NCBI GenBank assembly: GCA_947502765.1 | Contig: CANNBA010000010.1 | Coordinates: 1,477 to 65,476, forward strand | DNA: 64,000 nt | Direction: 5' to 3' | Source: Flavobacteriales bacterium | Lineage (GTDB): Bacteria > Bacteroidota > Bacteroidia > Flavobacteriales > BACL11 | Part shown: piece by piece, positions 9,974-21,300 of the stretch | How the letters are laid out: each line of letters begins with the position of its first letter | How positions within the stretch are numbered: position 1 is the first letter of the stretch | Position numbers and translations under genes: made by a program | Notes under the pieces: model-generated | Database searches by the model: none | Seen by the model: only the letters and a program-made list of their open reading frames with translations | Told to the model about the DNA's origin: nothing

Positions 9974-11326
9974 TTATTTTTCTGATGCTAATTTAACAAA
10001 ATCATCATAAGAAATACTTTTTTCGTTTAATTTGAAATTTTCTTTATAAACAGCTAGAGTTCTTTCGTCAAAAATTCGATCATACAGCTTCTTTCTCTCC
10101 TCTTCATTCTTTAGAATATTAGTGGCAATCTCTGTCAATTGTTTATCATCACCCTCTGGCTGACCGTATTGTTTCATTTGCATTCCAATCAACTTTTTAG
10201 TATGTTCCAAAACATCATCTTGAGTTACTTTAACCTCATAATTTTCCAAAATTTTATTCTCAATAAGTTGCCATTGCAAGCTTTTAGCATACATATCGTA
10301 CTCTTTTTCTAACATCTCTATAGTAATGGGCTTCTCAGAAGTTTGAACCAACCATCTTTTCAAAAAATCATTGGGCATATCCAATTTTAACTTATCAATA
10401 AAGTAAGTTACTACATCATTTTTAAGCATTCTATCGCTTTCTCCGGCAAACTGAGCTTCCGCTTCTACTTTTATTTTAGCTTTAAAATCTTTTTCATTCT
10501 CCACAGATCCAGGTCCGTAAATCTTATCAAACAATTCAATATTTAACTCAGCAGGCTCTAATCTATTGACATTTTTTACCGTAAATTGAAATTCTTCTGA
10601 AGTTAAATTATGAATAGCTGCTTGATCAACATTTAGCATTGCTCCTAAATCAGCATGATTGGAAAAAGCTTTCATTACATTTACACTAATAAAATCGTCT
10701 TTTTTTAATCCTATAAATTGCTTTTTAATTTTTGAATCACTAATATAATCCATTGCAACAGTAGCGTCATTTTTAATCCCATTAGTCATTACTTTTCCAG
10801 TAATATCTAACTGCTCAATAGTACAGAAAATTAAATCTCCCTCAACAGAAACTTCAGGATTGCTCATTTTACCATATCTTTTAGCAATATCATTACAATA
10901 TCCATCCACAAGTTTAGCATCAGCCTGAATTTTGTAGTAGTTGAGTGTATCTTTAGATGTAATCTTTACATCAAATTCAGGAGCCAATCCTACTTCATAT
11001 TCAAAAGAAAAATCTTCAGCAGTTTCCCATTCAATTGGCTTACTATCAAGTGGCATTGGAGAGCCCAAAACTCTTAATTTTGTTTCAGTAATATGTTTGT
11101 ATAGTTCATCCTGAAGTAATTTATTTACTTCCTCCACAACGACTGATGTTCTGAATTTTTTATTAATAATTCCCATTGGTGTTTTCCCTTTTCGGAATCC
11201 AGGAATCTGTGCTGTTTTACGATAGTTCTGAAGCACCTTATCTACTTTCTCAGTATAATCTGCCGCTTTTACCTCAACGGAAATAGTTGCTATTAAATCT
11301 TTTGCTTTGGTTTGTGTAATGTTCAT
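9974..11326 (-). CDS. tig: trigger factor
   Basis: 450 aa with the ribosome-binding motif GFRKGKTPMGII. Its position upstream of clpP-clpX agrees. Confidence 0.9.
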   Translation of the reverse strand: MNITQTKAKDLIATISVEVKAADYTEKVDKVLQNYRKTAQIPGFRKGKTPMGIINKKFRTSVVVEEVNKLLQDELYKHITETKLRVLGSPMPLDSKPIEWETAEDFSFEYEVGLAPEFDVKITSKDTLNYYKIQADAKLVDGYCNDIAKRYGKMSNPEVSVEGDLIFCTIEQLDITGKVMTNGIKNDATVAMDYISDSKIKKQFIGLKKDDFISVNVMKAFSNHADLGAMLNVDQAAIHNLTSEEFQFTVKNVNRLEPAELNIELFDKIYGPGSVENEKDFKAKIKVEAEAQFAGESDRMLKNDVVTYFIDKLKLDMPNDFLKRWLVQTSEKPITIEMLEKEYDMYAKSLQWQLIENKILENYEVKVTQDDVLEHTKKLIGMQMKQYGQPEGDDKQLTEIATNILKNEEERKKLYDRIFDERTLAVYKENFKLNEKSISYDDFVKLASEK

Positions 11327-11392
11327 CTTTTATTTATTTTAAAAAGGGGTGCGAAAATACACTTATTTATCTGATTATAAAACAATGATAAA

Positions 11393-11420
11393 GCAAAAAA
11401 CCTCCACCAAAGTGAAGGTT
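11393..11420 (-). terminator. hairpin plus U-run downstream of tRNA-Leu
   Basis: AACCTCCAC-CAAA-GTGAAGGTT forms 8 of 9 pairs and is flanked by an A-run on the + strand, which is a U-run on the - strand. It lies between the tRNA and the tig promoter region. Confidence 0.45.
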
Positions 11421-11429
11421 TTAAATTTG

Positions 11430-11511
11430 TGCGGGTGAAGGGACTCGAACCCCCACGCCTTACGGCACTAGATCCTAAGTCTAGCACGTCTACCAATTCC
11501 GCCACACCCGC
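11430..11511 (-). tRNA. tRNA-Leu (anticodon UAG), long variable arm
   Basis: The reverse complement is GCGGGTGTGGCGGAATTGGTAGACGTGCTAGACTTAGGATCTAGTGCCGTAAGGCGTGGGGGTTCGAGTCCCTTCACCCGCA. It folds with acceptor GCGGGTG/CACCCGC, anticodon stem CTAGA/TCTAG, loop CTTAGGA and T-loop TTCGAGT. Confidence 0.9.
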
Positions 11512-11591
11512 AAAAAAGGAGGGCAAAGATATTATTTTTTAACATTTATATACAAAACGAACTTTAAACATTCTTGAGAAGAAAATTTATT

Positions 11592-11599
11592 TAAGTTTG
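11592..11599 (+). promoter_or_regulatory. -7 promoter motif TAnnTTTG upstream of the DUF3127 gene
   Basis: TAAGTTTG lies 24 nt upstream of the ATG at 11624. Confidence 0.4.
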
Positions 11600-11623
11600 T
11601 ACACCTAAATAAAATTTTATAAG

Positions 11624-11980
11624 ATGAGTTTATCAGTTAAAGGAAAGTTGAGTCGAAAATTAAGTGTTGAAAGCGGAACCTCAAAAGCAGGAAAAGAATG
11701 GAAAAAGCAATCTTTTATAGTTGATACTGGCGCTCAGTTCAACCCTGAGATTTGTTTTCAATTATTTGGAGAAGACAAAATTGAAATGTTAAATCACCAT
11801 AATGAGGGAGATCAAGTACAAGTTTCATTTAATGTATCTTCAAAAGAATTTAATGGAAGATATTTTCATAATATTGACGCTTGGAGAATAGAGAATTTAG
11901 CGGGTGGTGGGGCAAGTGAGATGGAAGATGCTCCAGAGTTTAATGCTCCTGCAAGCGAAGAAGATGACTTGCCATTTTAA
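11624..11980 (+). CDS. DUF3127 domain protein (OB-fold-like) with acidic tail
   Basis: 118 aa. GTSKAGKEWKKQSFIVDT...ICFQLFGEDKIEML...NGRYFHNIDAWRIE matches the DUF3127 pattern common in Bacteroidota. Confidence 0.65.
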   Translation: MSLSVKGKLSRKLSVESGTSKAGKEWKKQSFIVDTGAQFNPEICFQLFGEDKIEMLNHHNEGDQVQVSFNVSSKEFNGRYFHNIDAWRIENLAGGGASEMEDAPEFNAPASEEDDLPF

Positions 11981-12020
11981 ATCTATAAATCACTAAAAAG
12001 ATTCTGATTTTTTAGGGCTA

Positions 12021-12527
12021 TTACTTTTTTAGCGAAATAGGACTGGTCATATCTGTTGTAATGTAAGCTCTAGGATTTATTTCCTCAATCATTTTTAAAA
12101 CAGATTTTAATTTTCTTCTAGAGATTACACACCAATACATTTTTACAGGACCATCTTTTCCTTGGCCATCAATAACTGTTACCCCATGGCCGCCTTCTCT
12201 TAAAGCTTCCGCCATTGAAGGAGAATCAGCAGGGCAAAAAATACGAACAACAATATCTCCAATGCCTACTAAACGCTCAATATAAGAACCAAGAATTGTT
12301 CCCGCAGAAAATCCTAGAGCATAAGCAGCAATTAAAACTGGGTTATCAATGCTACCGCCATCCATTACTTGAGTGATTGCTATTATCCAAATAGCAGCTT
12401 CAGCCAATCCAATGAGTGCCGCATAAATGGGTTTGTTTTTATTTACCAAAAGAGAGCGCATAGTTCCTAAACTCTGATCTATTACCCTCAATAAAAAAAT
12501 AACTACTGCTGAAATAAATAACTCCAT
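12021..12527 (-). CDS. UPF0316/DUF2179 family membrane protein
   Basis: 168 aa with an N-terminal membrane part FLLRVIDQSLGTMRSLLVNKNK and a C-terminal soluble DUF2179-like part. Confidence 0.65.
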   Translation of the reverse strand: MELFISAVVIFLLRVIDQSLGTMRSLLVNKNKPIYAALIGLAEAAIWIIAITQVMDGGSIDNPVLIAAYALGFSAGTILGSYIERLVGIGDIVVRIFCPADSPSMAEALREGGHGVTVIDGQGKDGPVKMYWCVISRRKLKSVLKMIEEINPRAYITTDMTSPISLKK

Positions 12528-12554
12528 TTTACTGTGTTTTTAAATTATTAAAAA

Positions 12555-13607
12555 TTAATCTTTTACATCAAAAGCATCCCGCAAACCATTACCCAAAAAC
12601 ATAAATGCTAATACCAAACTCATAATTGCCAATCCTGGAATAATTGCTAAATAGGCCTTATCCATTATTATATAAGCATAATGATCTTTTATCATTCCTC
12701 CCCAACTTGGCACAGGTGGTTGAGCCCCAATTCCTAAAAAAGAAAGTCCAGCTTCAATCAAAATAGCTGATGAGAAATTAGCTGCCGAAATTACAATAAC
12801 TGGGCCGATAACATTAGGTAGTATATGTTTAAAAATTATTCTAAATGGTTTATAGGCTAATGCCTTGCCTGCTTCCACATATTCTAATTCTCTGATAGCC
12901 AAAACTTGCCCTCTAACAATACGGGCAACTTCCACCCACATTGTAAGCCCAACCGCAACAAAAACTTGCCAAAAACCTTTTCCTAATGCCAAGGTGATAG
13001 CAATAACCATAAGTAGTGTTGGGACACTCCAAATCACATTCACAAACCACATGATAACATCATCCGTTCTTCCTCTAAAATATCCAGCAATTAAACCAAG
13101 TGTAATTCCAATAATTAAGGAAATAAAAACAGCAATAAAACCAACAGATAAGGAAATACGAATTCCATAAAGCATTCGGCTGAGCAAATCTCTTCCATAC
13201 ATATCGGTTCCAAGCCAAAAAGTTTGTTCTGAAATTTTATACTCACCAATATATTTTTGTTCCATTTCAGAGCCATACGACAAGTATTTTACACCATTTT
13301 CTACTTCTTTAAAACTGTCAATCGGTATTCTTTTAACATTTGAAGGACTGCCGATAAAAACAGATTGCAAAAAGGAAATTTCAATATTTTCATTTTTTGG
13401 GAGTTCCAAAAATAAAATCTTTGTTAAGGGTTTTTGAGTGGCTAACTCAATATGCATTTCATTAGCATTTGAAGAACTATCAGCGCTAATAACTACTGCA
13501 AAAACTCCAATCAATGTCGCTATTCCAATATAGCATAAAGCAAAAAAAGCCAGCTTATTAGACTTTAATTTTTGCCAAGCTAATCTATTTAAGGATACTG
13601 ATTTCAT
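12555..13607 (-). CDS. ABC transporter permease, OppC/DppC-like
   Basis: 350 aa with a long first periplasmic loop and the EAA-like region YVEAGKALAYKPFRIIFKHILPN. Confidence 0.8.
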   Translation of the reverse strand: MKSVSLNRLAWQKLKSNKLAFFALCYIGIATLIGVFAVVISADSSSNANEMHIELATQKPLTKILFLELPKNENIEISFLQSVFIGSPSNVKRIPIDSFKEVENGVKYLSYGSEMEQKYIGEYKISEQTFWLGTDMYGRDLLSRMLYGIRISLSVGFIAVFISLIIGITLGLIAGYFRGRTDDVIMWFVNVIWSVPTLLMVIAITLALGKGFWQVFVAVGLTMWVEVARIVRGQVLAIRELEYVEAGKALAYKPFRIIFKHILPNVIGPVIVISAANFSSAILIEAGLSFLGIGAQPPVPSWGGMIKDHYAYIIMDKAYLAIIPGLAIMSLVLAFMFLGNGLRDAFDVKD

Positions 13608-14720
13608 TTATTTTTTATGTATTCTTCCTTTCCATTCAAACTTTTTAGTGAAAGATAGAATAACAATCAAAATTATGTAAAATGAATACAATAACTCAAA
13701 AGGGAAAATCCATTTTATTAAATCTGTTCGGTTAAAAAATTTAAGTACTGGTATAAGCAAGAATGAATCTACCATAAACTTTATGATATAAAATCCTGCA
13801 AAAAGCGGAAAAAAGCAACTGCTGAAAAAGAGCAACACAAACAAAAAAATAAAAGATAAATTTGTGAAAAAAACCAAATAAGAAGCGTAAATACTGGATA
13901 TATCTTTATAGCCACTACTTTTGGCTGCCCACCTTTTTCTTTGATTGATAAAGTCAGAAAAAGTTTGCGCACTAGCAGTAGTGACTATAGCATTCTCATC
14001 CTTTGCAAAAACAATAGAGGTAGGATATTTCGCTTTTACGCTATGCAATAGAAACACATCATCTCCACTTGCGGCGCTATCCTTTTCAAAGTTATTTACT
14101 GCTAAAAAAACCTCTTTTCGATAAGCCATATTTGCTCCATTACAAAAAATTGGATTTTGAATTCCAATAGCTCCTGCACCACTCCCAATTAAAGAGGCAA
14201 ATTCCAATGCTTGCAAACTTTGAAAAAGGCTCTGTTGCTTATTAAAAGATACCGGGCCAGACACTAATTTTATACAATCATTGGTAAAATAACTAGCCAT
14301 TGTCTGTACCCAATTTGGGTTAAAAATACAATCAGCATCTGAAACTAAAATAAGATCTCCACTTGCTTTAGAAACTGCCATTCTAATTGCATCTTTCTTG
14401 CCAAATTTTCCTTCTGGCATATTTAGAATTTGAAGATTATCCAAATTCAATTTTTCTAATAACCCAAGTGTATTATCAGTAGAATGATCATTCACTAAAA
14501 TAAATTCTAACTTATTGCTAGGGTAAATTTGAGATTGCAAACTTTTATGTAATGAAGCAATCTGATTTTCTTCATTTCGAATTGCAATAACGATACTTAC
14601 TTTTGGGAAAAACCCCTCTTGTGATATCTTTTTTATTTTATTCCAACCAAAAGTGTAGCTAGTAATCAGTAATGCATAAAGCAGTAAGATTACTGAAATT
14701 GTTACAACTACGAACAGCAT
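13608..14720 (-). CDS. family 2 glycosyltransferase (membrane-anchored)
   Basis: 370 aa with VSIVIAIRNEE, VNDHSTDNT, SDADC and QRKRWA motifs of processive GT2 enzymes. Transmembrane segments lie at both ends. Confidence 0.8.
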   Translation of the reverse strand: MLFVVVTISVILLLYALLITSYTFGWNKIKKISQEGFFPKVSIVIAIRNEENQIASLHKSLQSQIYPSNKLEFILVNDHSTDNTLGLLEKLNLDNLQILNMPEGKFGKKDAIRMAVSKASGDLILVSDADCIFNPNWVQTMASYFTNDCIKLVSGPVSFNKQQSLFQSLQALEFASLIGSGAGAIGIQNPIFCNGANMAYRKEVFLAVNNFEKDSAASGDDVFLLHSVKAKYPTSIVFAKDENAIVTTASAQTFSDFINQRKRWAAKSSGYKDISSIYASYLVFFTNLSFIFLFVLLFFSSCFFPLFAGFYIIKFMVDSFLLIPVLKFFNRTDLIKWIFPFELLYSFYIILIVILSFTKKFEWKGRIHKK

Positions 14721-15697
14721 TATTTTCTGAAAAATTTAAGGGTAAAAATAAATACTGTCCCAATCAAAGCAGGAAGTAATAAATTAATACCCCACATCAC
14801 AAAAGTAGCTGATAAAATACCACTTGTATTAGTCGAGACTAAACCAAATAAAAAGAGAGCCACAGGTGCTCTAACCCCAATTTCGGTAATTGCAATAGTA
14901 GGAATAACAGAAATCACAAAGAACATAGCGGTGGATAAAATAAAAGTATCTATGTATGAAACATGAACCTCAAAAACCTGTAAAAGAATAAAAAACTGAG
15001 TAGTAAAAACTATATATCTTGCAACTGAATATAGCAATACTTCCAATAATTCAGAGTAATTATAAAAAGTGAAAACTTCATTATACTTAGCAAACTTTCT
15101 AAGAAATTTAAATTTTGACAATACCACTGAAAATACTGATGCGTTCAAAAACAGTGTTACTAAAAGCACACTTAAAAGTATTATAACGAATAACATTATT
15201 GGGTAAGCAAAAATAATTTCTGATAAAAAAGCGTCAAACACTGGCATTAAATTTGGTAATAACAAAATCCCAATTAAACCAAAGACAATGGTCGTAAGCA
15301 ATTGTGCCATGGAACCAATTATAGTAATCAATACCCCTTGAATTCTATCTGCCTTTTCTAAACAAAAAACCCTTCCCGCATATTCCCCAACTCTATTTGG
15401 TGTGAATGCGGAAACAGTAATCCCAGAAAAAACAGCTCTAATTGAGCGTTTAATAGTTATCTTTTCGATCTTTGAAATTAAAAATCTCCATTTTAAAGAT
15501 TCTAAAAACCAATTCAAGAACATCATGAGAATCACTACTCCAATTACAAAATAGTGTTGCTTTAACTGGAATAAAATATGATCAATGTCAAACTCCTTAA
15601 CATTACTTTTATAAGTAAGTTGTTGGTATAAAAAGAAAAGAGCAAAAGTTACAATGCCAATTTTTATTAGAAAGCCAATCGTTTTTTTGCTTAGCAT
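14720..15697 (-). CDS. UPF0104 / flippase-like (lysyl-PG synthase TM-region-like) membrane protein
   Basis: 325 aa polytopic protein. Its stop overlaps the GT2 start by 1 nt. Confidence 0.55.
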   Translation of the reverse strand: MLSKKTIGFLIKIGIVTFALFFLYQQLTYKSNVKEFDIDHILFQLKQHYFVIGVVILMMFLNWFLESLKWRFLISKIEKITIKRSIRAVFSGITVSAFTPNRVGEYAGRVFCLEKADRIQGVLITIIGSMAQLLTTIVFGLIGILLLPNLMPVFDAFLSEIIFAYPIMLFVIILLSVLLVTLFLNASVFSVVLSKFKFLRKFAKYNEVFTFYNYSELLEVLLYSVARYIVFTTQFFILLQVFEVHVSYIDTFILSTAMFFVISVIPTIAITEIGVRAPVALFLFGLVSTNTSGILSATFVMWGINLLLPALIGTVFIFTLKFFRK

Positions 15698-15727
15698 TGC
15701 TTAGTTTTGTTGATACAAAGATAACAA

Positions 15728-16279
15728 TTGCAAACTGATAAAATCATATTAGGAATTGATCCTGGAACAACTATAATGGGGTATGGAATCATCCATATTA
15801 CAGGAAATAAAATGGAATTGATTCAAATGGGCGTTTTGCATTTATCAAAATTGGAATCGCATGAGTTAAAATTGAAAAGAATCTTTGAAAGAACCTTGCA
15901 ATTAGTAGATGAGTACAAGCCTGATGAGCTAGCTATAGAAGCCCCTTTCTTTGGGAAAAATGTACAATCAATGTTAAAGCTTGGAAGAGCCCAAGGTGTG
16001 GCAATGTCAGCAGCATTATACCGCAATGTCCCAATCTTTGAATATGCTCCAAAAAAGATCAAGTTAGCGATTACAGGAAAAGGTACTGCGAGTAAGGAAC
16101 AAGTTGCAGCAATGCTTAAATCAATACTTAACATTAAAGAAATGCCACAGCACTTAGATGCTAGTGATGGTTTAGCGGCAGCCGTATGTCATCATTTTCA
16201 AAGAAATCCGAGTAGTGGAGGTAAAAGCTATAAAGGATGGGGGGCTTTTCTTAAAGACAATCCTGATAAACTTAAATAG
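15728..16279 (+). CDS. ruvC: crossover junction endodeoxyribonuclease RuvC
   Basis: 183 aa with [18 protein letters not shown] and [12 protein letters not shown]. It apparently uses a TTG start, as no upstream in-frame ATG exists. Confidence 0.9.
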   Translation: MQTDKIILGIDPGTTIMGYGIIHITGNKMELIQMGVLHLSKLESHELKLKRIFERTLQLVDEYKPDELAIEAPFFGKNVQSMLKLGRAQGVAMSAALYRNVPIFEYAPKKIKLAITGKGTASKEQVAAMLKSILNIKEMPQHLDASDGLAAAVCHHFQRNPSSGGKSYKGWGAFLKDNPDKLK

Positions 16280-16664
16280 TTGCTCTAATTTTGTGAGCTA
16301 TTTCCTGCATTTTCTCATCAGAGAATTTTAATTTAGGTCTTTCAAAATTAATATCTGATACATAATTTAAGGGTACTAAATGAATATGTGCATGAGGAAC
16401 TTCCAATCCAATAACAGCAATCCCAATGCGCTTACACACAATAACTTTATCCATTGCTTTAGCTACTTGTTGTGCAAATCTAAAAAGCTCTAGATATTCA
16501 TCAGAAGCAATATCAAAAATATAATCTTTTTCCTTTTTAGGAATTACTAAAACATGACCGTATGCCAATGGAAAAATATCTAAAATTGCCAAATGATTTT
16601 CATCTTCAGCTACTTTAAACGCTGGGACATCACCACTTATTATTTTAGAAAAAATACTAGCCAT
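16272..16664 (-). CDS. HIT family protein
   Basis: 130 aa with the histidine triad HAHIHLVP. Confidence 0.85.
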   Translation of the reverse strand: MASIFSKIISGDVPAFKVAEDENHLAILDIFPLAYGHVLVIPKKEKDYIFDIASDEYLELFRFAQQVAKAMDKVIVCKRIGIAVIGLEVPHAHIHLVPLNYVSDINFERPKLKFSDEKMQEIAHKIRATI

Positions 16665-17137
16665 TACAAAGCTTGAATATCAATAATCTCAAAATGTATA
16701 ATCCCATTTGGTGTATTAATTTCAGCAATTTCACCAATAGCCTTTCCTAAAAGCCCTTTACCAATTGGAGAGGTTACAGAAATCTTTTTAGCAGCCAAAT
16801 CAGCCTCTGATTCCGATACAATTGCATAAGTCATTTCTAGGCCACTAATTGTATTTTTAATTGTAGCTTTTGTAAGCAAATGCACAGTTGATATATCCAT
16901 TTCTGTTTTATCCAATACCCGAGCATTTGCAACATCATTTTCTAATTTTACAATTCTTGCCTCTAACAATCCTTGTGCTTCTTTTGCCGCATCATACTCA
17001 GCATTTTCTGATAAATCACCCTTTTCCCTCGCTTCCGCTATTTGGCTGATTACACTTGGCCGATCAACTGATTTTAAGTGCTGTAATTCAGCTTTTAACT
17101 TATCGTATCCCTCTTGTGATAGATATATTATGCTCAT
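16664..17137 (-). CDS. greA: transcription elongation factor GreA
   Basis: 157 aa with REKGDLSENAEYDAAKEAQ and the C-terminal SPIGKGLLGK. Confidence 0.9.
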   Translation of the reverse strand: MSIIYLSQEGYDKLKAELQHLKSVDRPSVISQIAEAREKGDLSENAEYDAAKEAQGLLEARIVKLENDVANARVLDKTEMDISTVHLLTKATIKNTISGLEMTYAIVSESEADLAAKKISVTSPIGKGLLGKAIGEIAEINTPNGIIHFEIIDIQAL

Positions 17138-17208
17138 AATTGTATAGTTTATAAATGCATAAAAAGGAAGTTACCTCCCTTTTTAAACATTGTATGTTTT
17201 ATTAAATT

Positions 17209-18285
17209 TTATAAATTAATTCTAGCGCCAATGGTATGCGAACCTTGGAACGGATCAGTATGTCTGTAAGAATAATCTAATCCAAATGTAGAGCCACTAT
17301 CTCCCATTGGTAATTCAACAGTAAAACCAGCTGATGGTCCTCTTAATGCAGTTGTTCTCGTACTTGGAGTTCTGATGCCTTCCTCATAAGTATAGCCCAT
17401 ACGAAACATAACCATTTCTCTGTAAGCATATTCCCCCCCAAGTATATATTGATCTTTTTGGAATGAGTTAGAGGTAAAAGTACCAGCACCTGTAATTCTG
17501 TGTCTTTGAACATTTACATCATAGGAAATACCGATATTTAACAAGGCTGGTAATTCTAATTCTGAGGATCTTTGTTCAACAGTCATTTTATAATCATCAC
17601 CAACCTGACCTCTAAATGAAAGACCATCACCAGTAAATGACATTCTTGGCCCAACATTTTTTAAAGAAATACCAAACTTCATATTGTCTTTAGCTCCCGT
17701 TACATATTGTATACCTGCATCTAAAGCAACACCACTAGCGCCCACATTAGATATTTGTTCTGAAATTATTTTTACAGTAGCCCCTCCATAAATACTATTA
17801 GAAAATATCTTGGCGTATGAAACCGACATATTCATAAATTTAGGAGAAAAAAATCCAATACCACCATCAGGCAACTCCACAGTAGTTTTTTCAATATCAC
17901 CAAAATCCATACTCATTACAGCAAAACCAAGCACCCCTGATTCTCCAACTTTTTGAGAAAAACCAAATGAACTAATAATGCATACTGCATCATCAGCACT
18001 AAACATTTTACTACCATATTGCAACCATGATGTTTGAGAAAAAATTAATTCTGTTTTTTGTGTAAAAGCAAGTCCTGCAACATTAGAATAAATACCTTCT
18101 AAGCCTCTAACCCCAGCAATATTTGCTCCTCCCCATCCTGAAGTTCTAGCCCAAGGATTTATCAAAAGTTCAGAAGCTCCTGCTTGTCCTGCCCTTTGAG
18201 GGTTTCCTCCAAAACTTTGATTAAAAGAAATTGCTAAAAGCGCAACAACTGCAGTAGCTTTTATCCAGTTATAATTGTATTTCAT
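17209..18285 (-). CDS. PorV/PorQ-family-like outer-membrane beta-barrel
   Basis: 358 aa. It has a signal peptide, then AGQAGASELLINPWARTSGWGGANIAG...NVAGLAF, resembling the N-terminal signature of PorV/PorQ barrels. The body shows an alternating beta-strand pattern. The subfamily is not resolved. Confidence 0.5.
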   Translation of the reverse strand: MKYNYNWIKATAVVALLAISFNQSFGGNPQRAGQAGASELLINPWARTSGWGGANIAGVRGLEGIYSNVAGLAFTQKTELIFSQTSWLQYGSKMFSADDAVCIISSFGFSQKVGESGVLGFAVMSMDFGDIEKTTVELPDGGIGFFSPKFMNMSVSYAKIFSNSIYGGATVKIISEQISNVGASGVALDAGIQYVTGAKDNMKFGISLKNVGPRMSFTGDGLSFRGQVGDDYKMTVEQRSSELELPALLNIGISYDVNVQRHRITGAGTFTSNSFQKDQYILGGEYAYREMVMFRMGYTYEEGIRTPSTRTTALRGPSAGFTVELPMGDSGSTFGLDYSYRHTDPFQGSHTIGARINL

Positions 18286-18323
18286 ATCTATACTATTTGT
18301 TATCGTCTATAATATTTATTTTA

Positions 18324-21300
18324 TTAGAAAGTATCTAAATCAATTGGCCTTAACGATCCAAACCATTTAATTACTTTATCTTTTTCTACATACTCTTGTG
18401 CAGTAGCATCCCATAAGTTTGCTCGCACATGAATCATATACAATCCTGATGAAATTGGAATTCCAAAGTCATTCTTTAAATCCCAATCAATAGAAGTCAT
18501 GCTATCGTCTTTTTTAAGAGTACGAACTAAAGTTCCTCCAACGGTAAAAATCTTTATTCTAGCTGCACCTGGTAGATTGGTGATTTTAACTCTATTATCT
18601 AATTGGTTAATCTCATAAGAAGAATACCCATAATAAGGATTAGGAACCGCTTTTATTGTTTCCATGGCATCTAAAGCAACATCAACATCTCCTTTTACGG
18701 GAACAATATCATCCGTATTAAAACTATATATAGGATTAAAGCGATTTAAAGCATTTGCCTCTATGACTCTTGCTTTGGCTGAGCCTGTAAAATTAGGAGT
18801 TGCGCTAGCAATAAATGAATCTCCTGGATCATAACTAATGCCATCATAAGTTGCTGTTTGACCACCCCAAGTAGCTGCAGCATTTTGATAAGCAACTACA
18901 TAAGTATTACCTGAAGTTAAATTCATGTTTTTATCAAAGAATTTATCATCAGCCACTGTTTCGTATTGCTTATAGGGTTTTGTCACTCTCAACTTAACAG
19001 TTGCAGAATTTGAAAGATTAAGCGTTCTTCCTGGGGCTAATAAAGGGGCTCCAACCCAAGTTACATTTTTAAATACAGCCCATTTACTAGTTAAATTTGC
19101 TTGAACTAACTGAGCATAAATCCAAGCTGATTCATCATAATTTGGAGGGAAATCACAATTAGCAATATCATTGATATAATCATCAGTTCCTTTTACCCAG
19201 GATTCTCCTTTTACTACATAAATAAAATGCTTGCCTCCTAACAAATAATTACCCCCAGAAAATTGCTGGCCAATAGGTGCTGTAGGATCGTATTGTGGGA
19301 ATTCATCTGTTGTAAGTTTTCCAGTTGGATTCCATAGCATATCATTTCCATTTTCAGAAGTTTGCCATGAATCCTCAGAGAAAATAATATTCAATCTTTC
19401 TCCTGTTTCTATATCAATGGCATATCCAGGAAACCAACCCATACCCACAGTACCACTGCCATCATCATCACCATTTTTATCCACTGAAGGAGATTGTCTT
19501 AATCCCATTTTTACTTGACCCCCCTGCGCAAGTAAAGGATCGTCCTGAGCCTCAACTATACAAACTCTGCTCCACTTTGATTTATCGTCAGTTATCACAA
19601 TATCCACTGAATTTAAGTTTACTAACTTAGCCAGATTGGTAATAGAACTTTGTAAACCTGGACCATCATTAAAGTAAGAGGCAAAACGATAAGGAGCCCA
19701 AGTACCTCCAGACCACTCAAAACCACCAAAGGCAAGATTTGTTTGGACAACTGCCCCTTCAAAAGCGCCATTAGGATCGTCTATTAAACCATAGTCACTC
19801 AAAAGCGCATTGGTCGCATTTTCAAATGATCCAGCTCTAATCCAATTAAGTCCCCACAAACTAAAAAACTCAGAATCATCATCTCTATCGGCAACCCCAC
19901 TTAACCATCTGTCATTTATATTTTCGAATTCAATCGTCCCAGAAATCAAGCCATTATTCTCAATATTATTTGGATCAGTTCCAGGATTTTCAGTTTGCGC
20001 TACTTTTACATTTAATCCTAAGTTTGAAACATATTTCTCAGAGCCAACTGCAATGTCTTCGTTAGCAGATGAAATAATAGAACTATTCTCATTAAGTAGC
20101 TCCCATCTTCCATATGAAGTAATGGCTCCAGATGTAGTTAGAGTTGGATTCATTAACTTAAACATAAAATCTCCTTGGGGTATTTTAACAGGATCAACTA
20201 CGGTAATTGCAATTGGACCTTTGCCTTGCTGGTAAGTTGGATATAAACTTCTATGATCTTGTGAGCCTAAAATCTCATTAATAGTTTCACTAGTTAACTC
20301 AAGAGCTATACCGCCATTTCCTTGTCCTTCTTTTCTTGTAAGTTTTACTCCATCACCATATGAAGCATTTAAAGTCATTCCTCCATTTTCTGACTCTGTA
20401 AAGTGAGGAATAGCAGAATAAACTTGAATGTTTCTTCTGCCTGAAATATAAGGTCGATTTCTACCATCATAATCAACAGCAGATACATCATAAGGAGATG
20501 CATTTTCTTCTGCTCTGTTATAGCCATAAGATAAAGACATAAAATAGTAAGTCTTATGATTTACTAGAGATGTATTTCCTAAAGCAAATTTGTCATCAGC
20601 TATTCGAAAAGAAAACTCAACCCCCTCATCAACTGTACCAATAACACCCTCACTTAATACTGATTGCACCTCCTCTATTGGTGTATAAACTCCTAAAATT
20701 GGATCCAAATATTGATTTACAATACCAGTTACATCATCTTTTATATCACTTCTGTAAATTAATCTTGCTCTATCAGGATCAGCTAAATCAGTAGCAGAAA
20801 CTGTAGCGTCCTTTAATTGATAAACTACATAACCTTGAAATTCATAGTTTGGAGAATTTAAAAGATTATCAGGCTTAGTTATATAAGGATCTTTCTCAGA
20901 GTAAGATTCGTTAATATTATTTGAAGTCCCTCCATTTGACAAGGTAAATATTAATTCTTTATTTAATTCTCTAACGGTTACATCTGGAGCATCAGGTCCA
21001 TTTAAGATATTGAAATTGTTATCAAATAATGCTTGCGCTTCTCTATCATAAATCTTTAACAATTGTATAGATGCTGTTTGACCTCCAGATTTTGCTCTTG
21101 CCCAAACAACTCCAGTAGTAATTGTATTTACCGCTCCTGGTTCAAGAGTAAAGGGCCCTGCTGATTGTAAAAATCTTCTGTCAGCAGGAACGTTACCAGC
21201 AGTTACTTCTGTCCATTCTTGGCCAGGAAAACTAGCATCTGATGTTCCTGGAAACATAAAATTGCATAAATCAGTAGTAGTACCACTTCCTCCACCATGT

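Noticed and set aside
11323-11526. 67-aa ORF on the minus strand
   Set aside because: It overlaps the tRNA-Leu gene and its terminator, so it is a translation of structural RNA.
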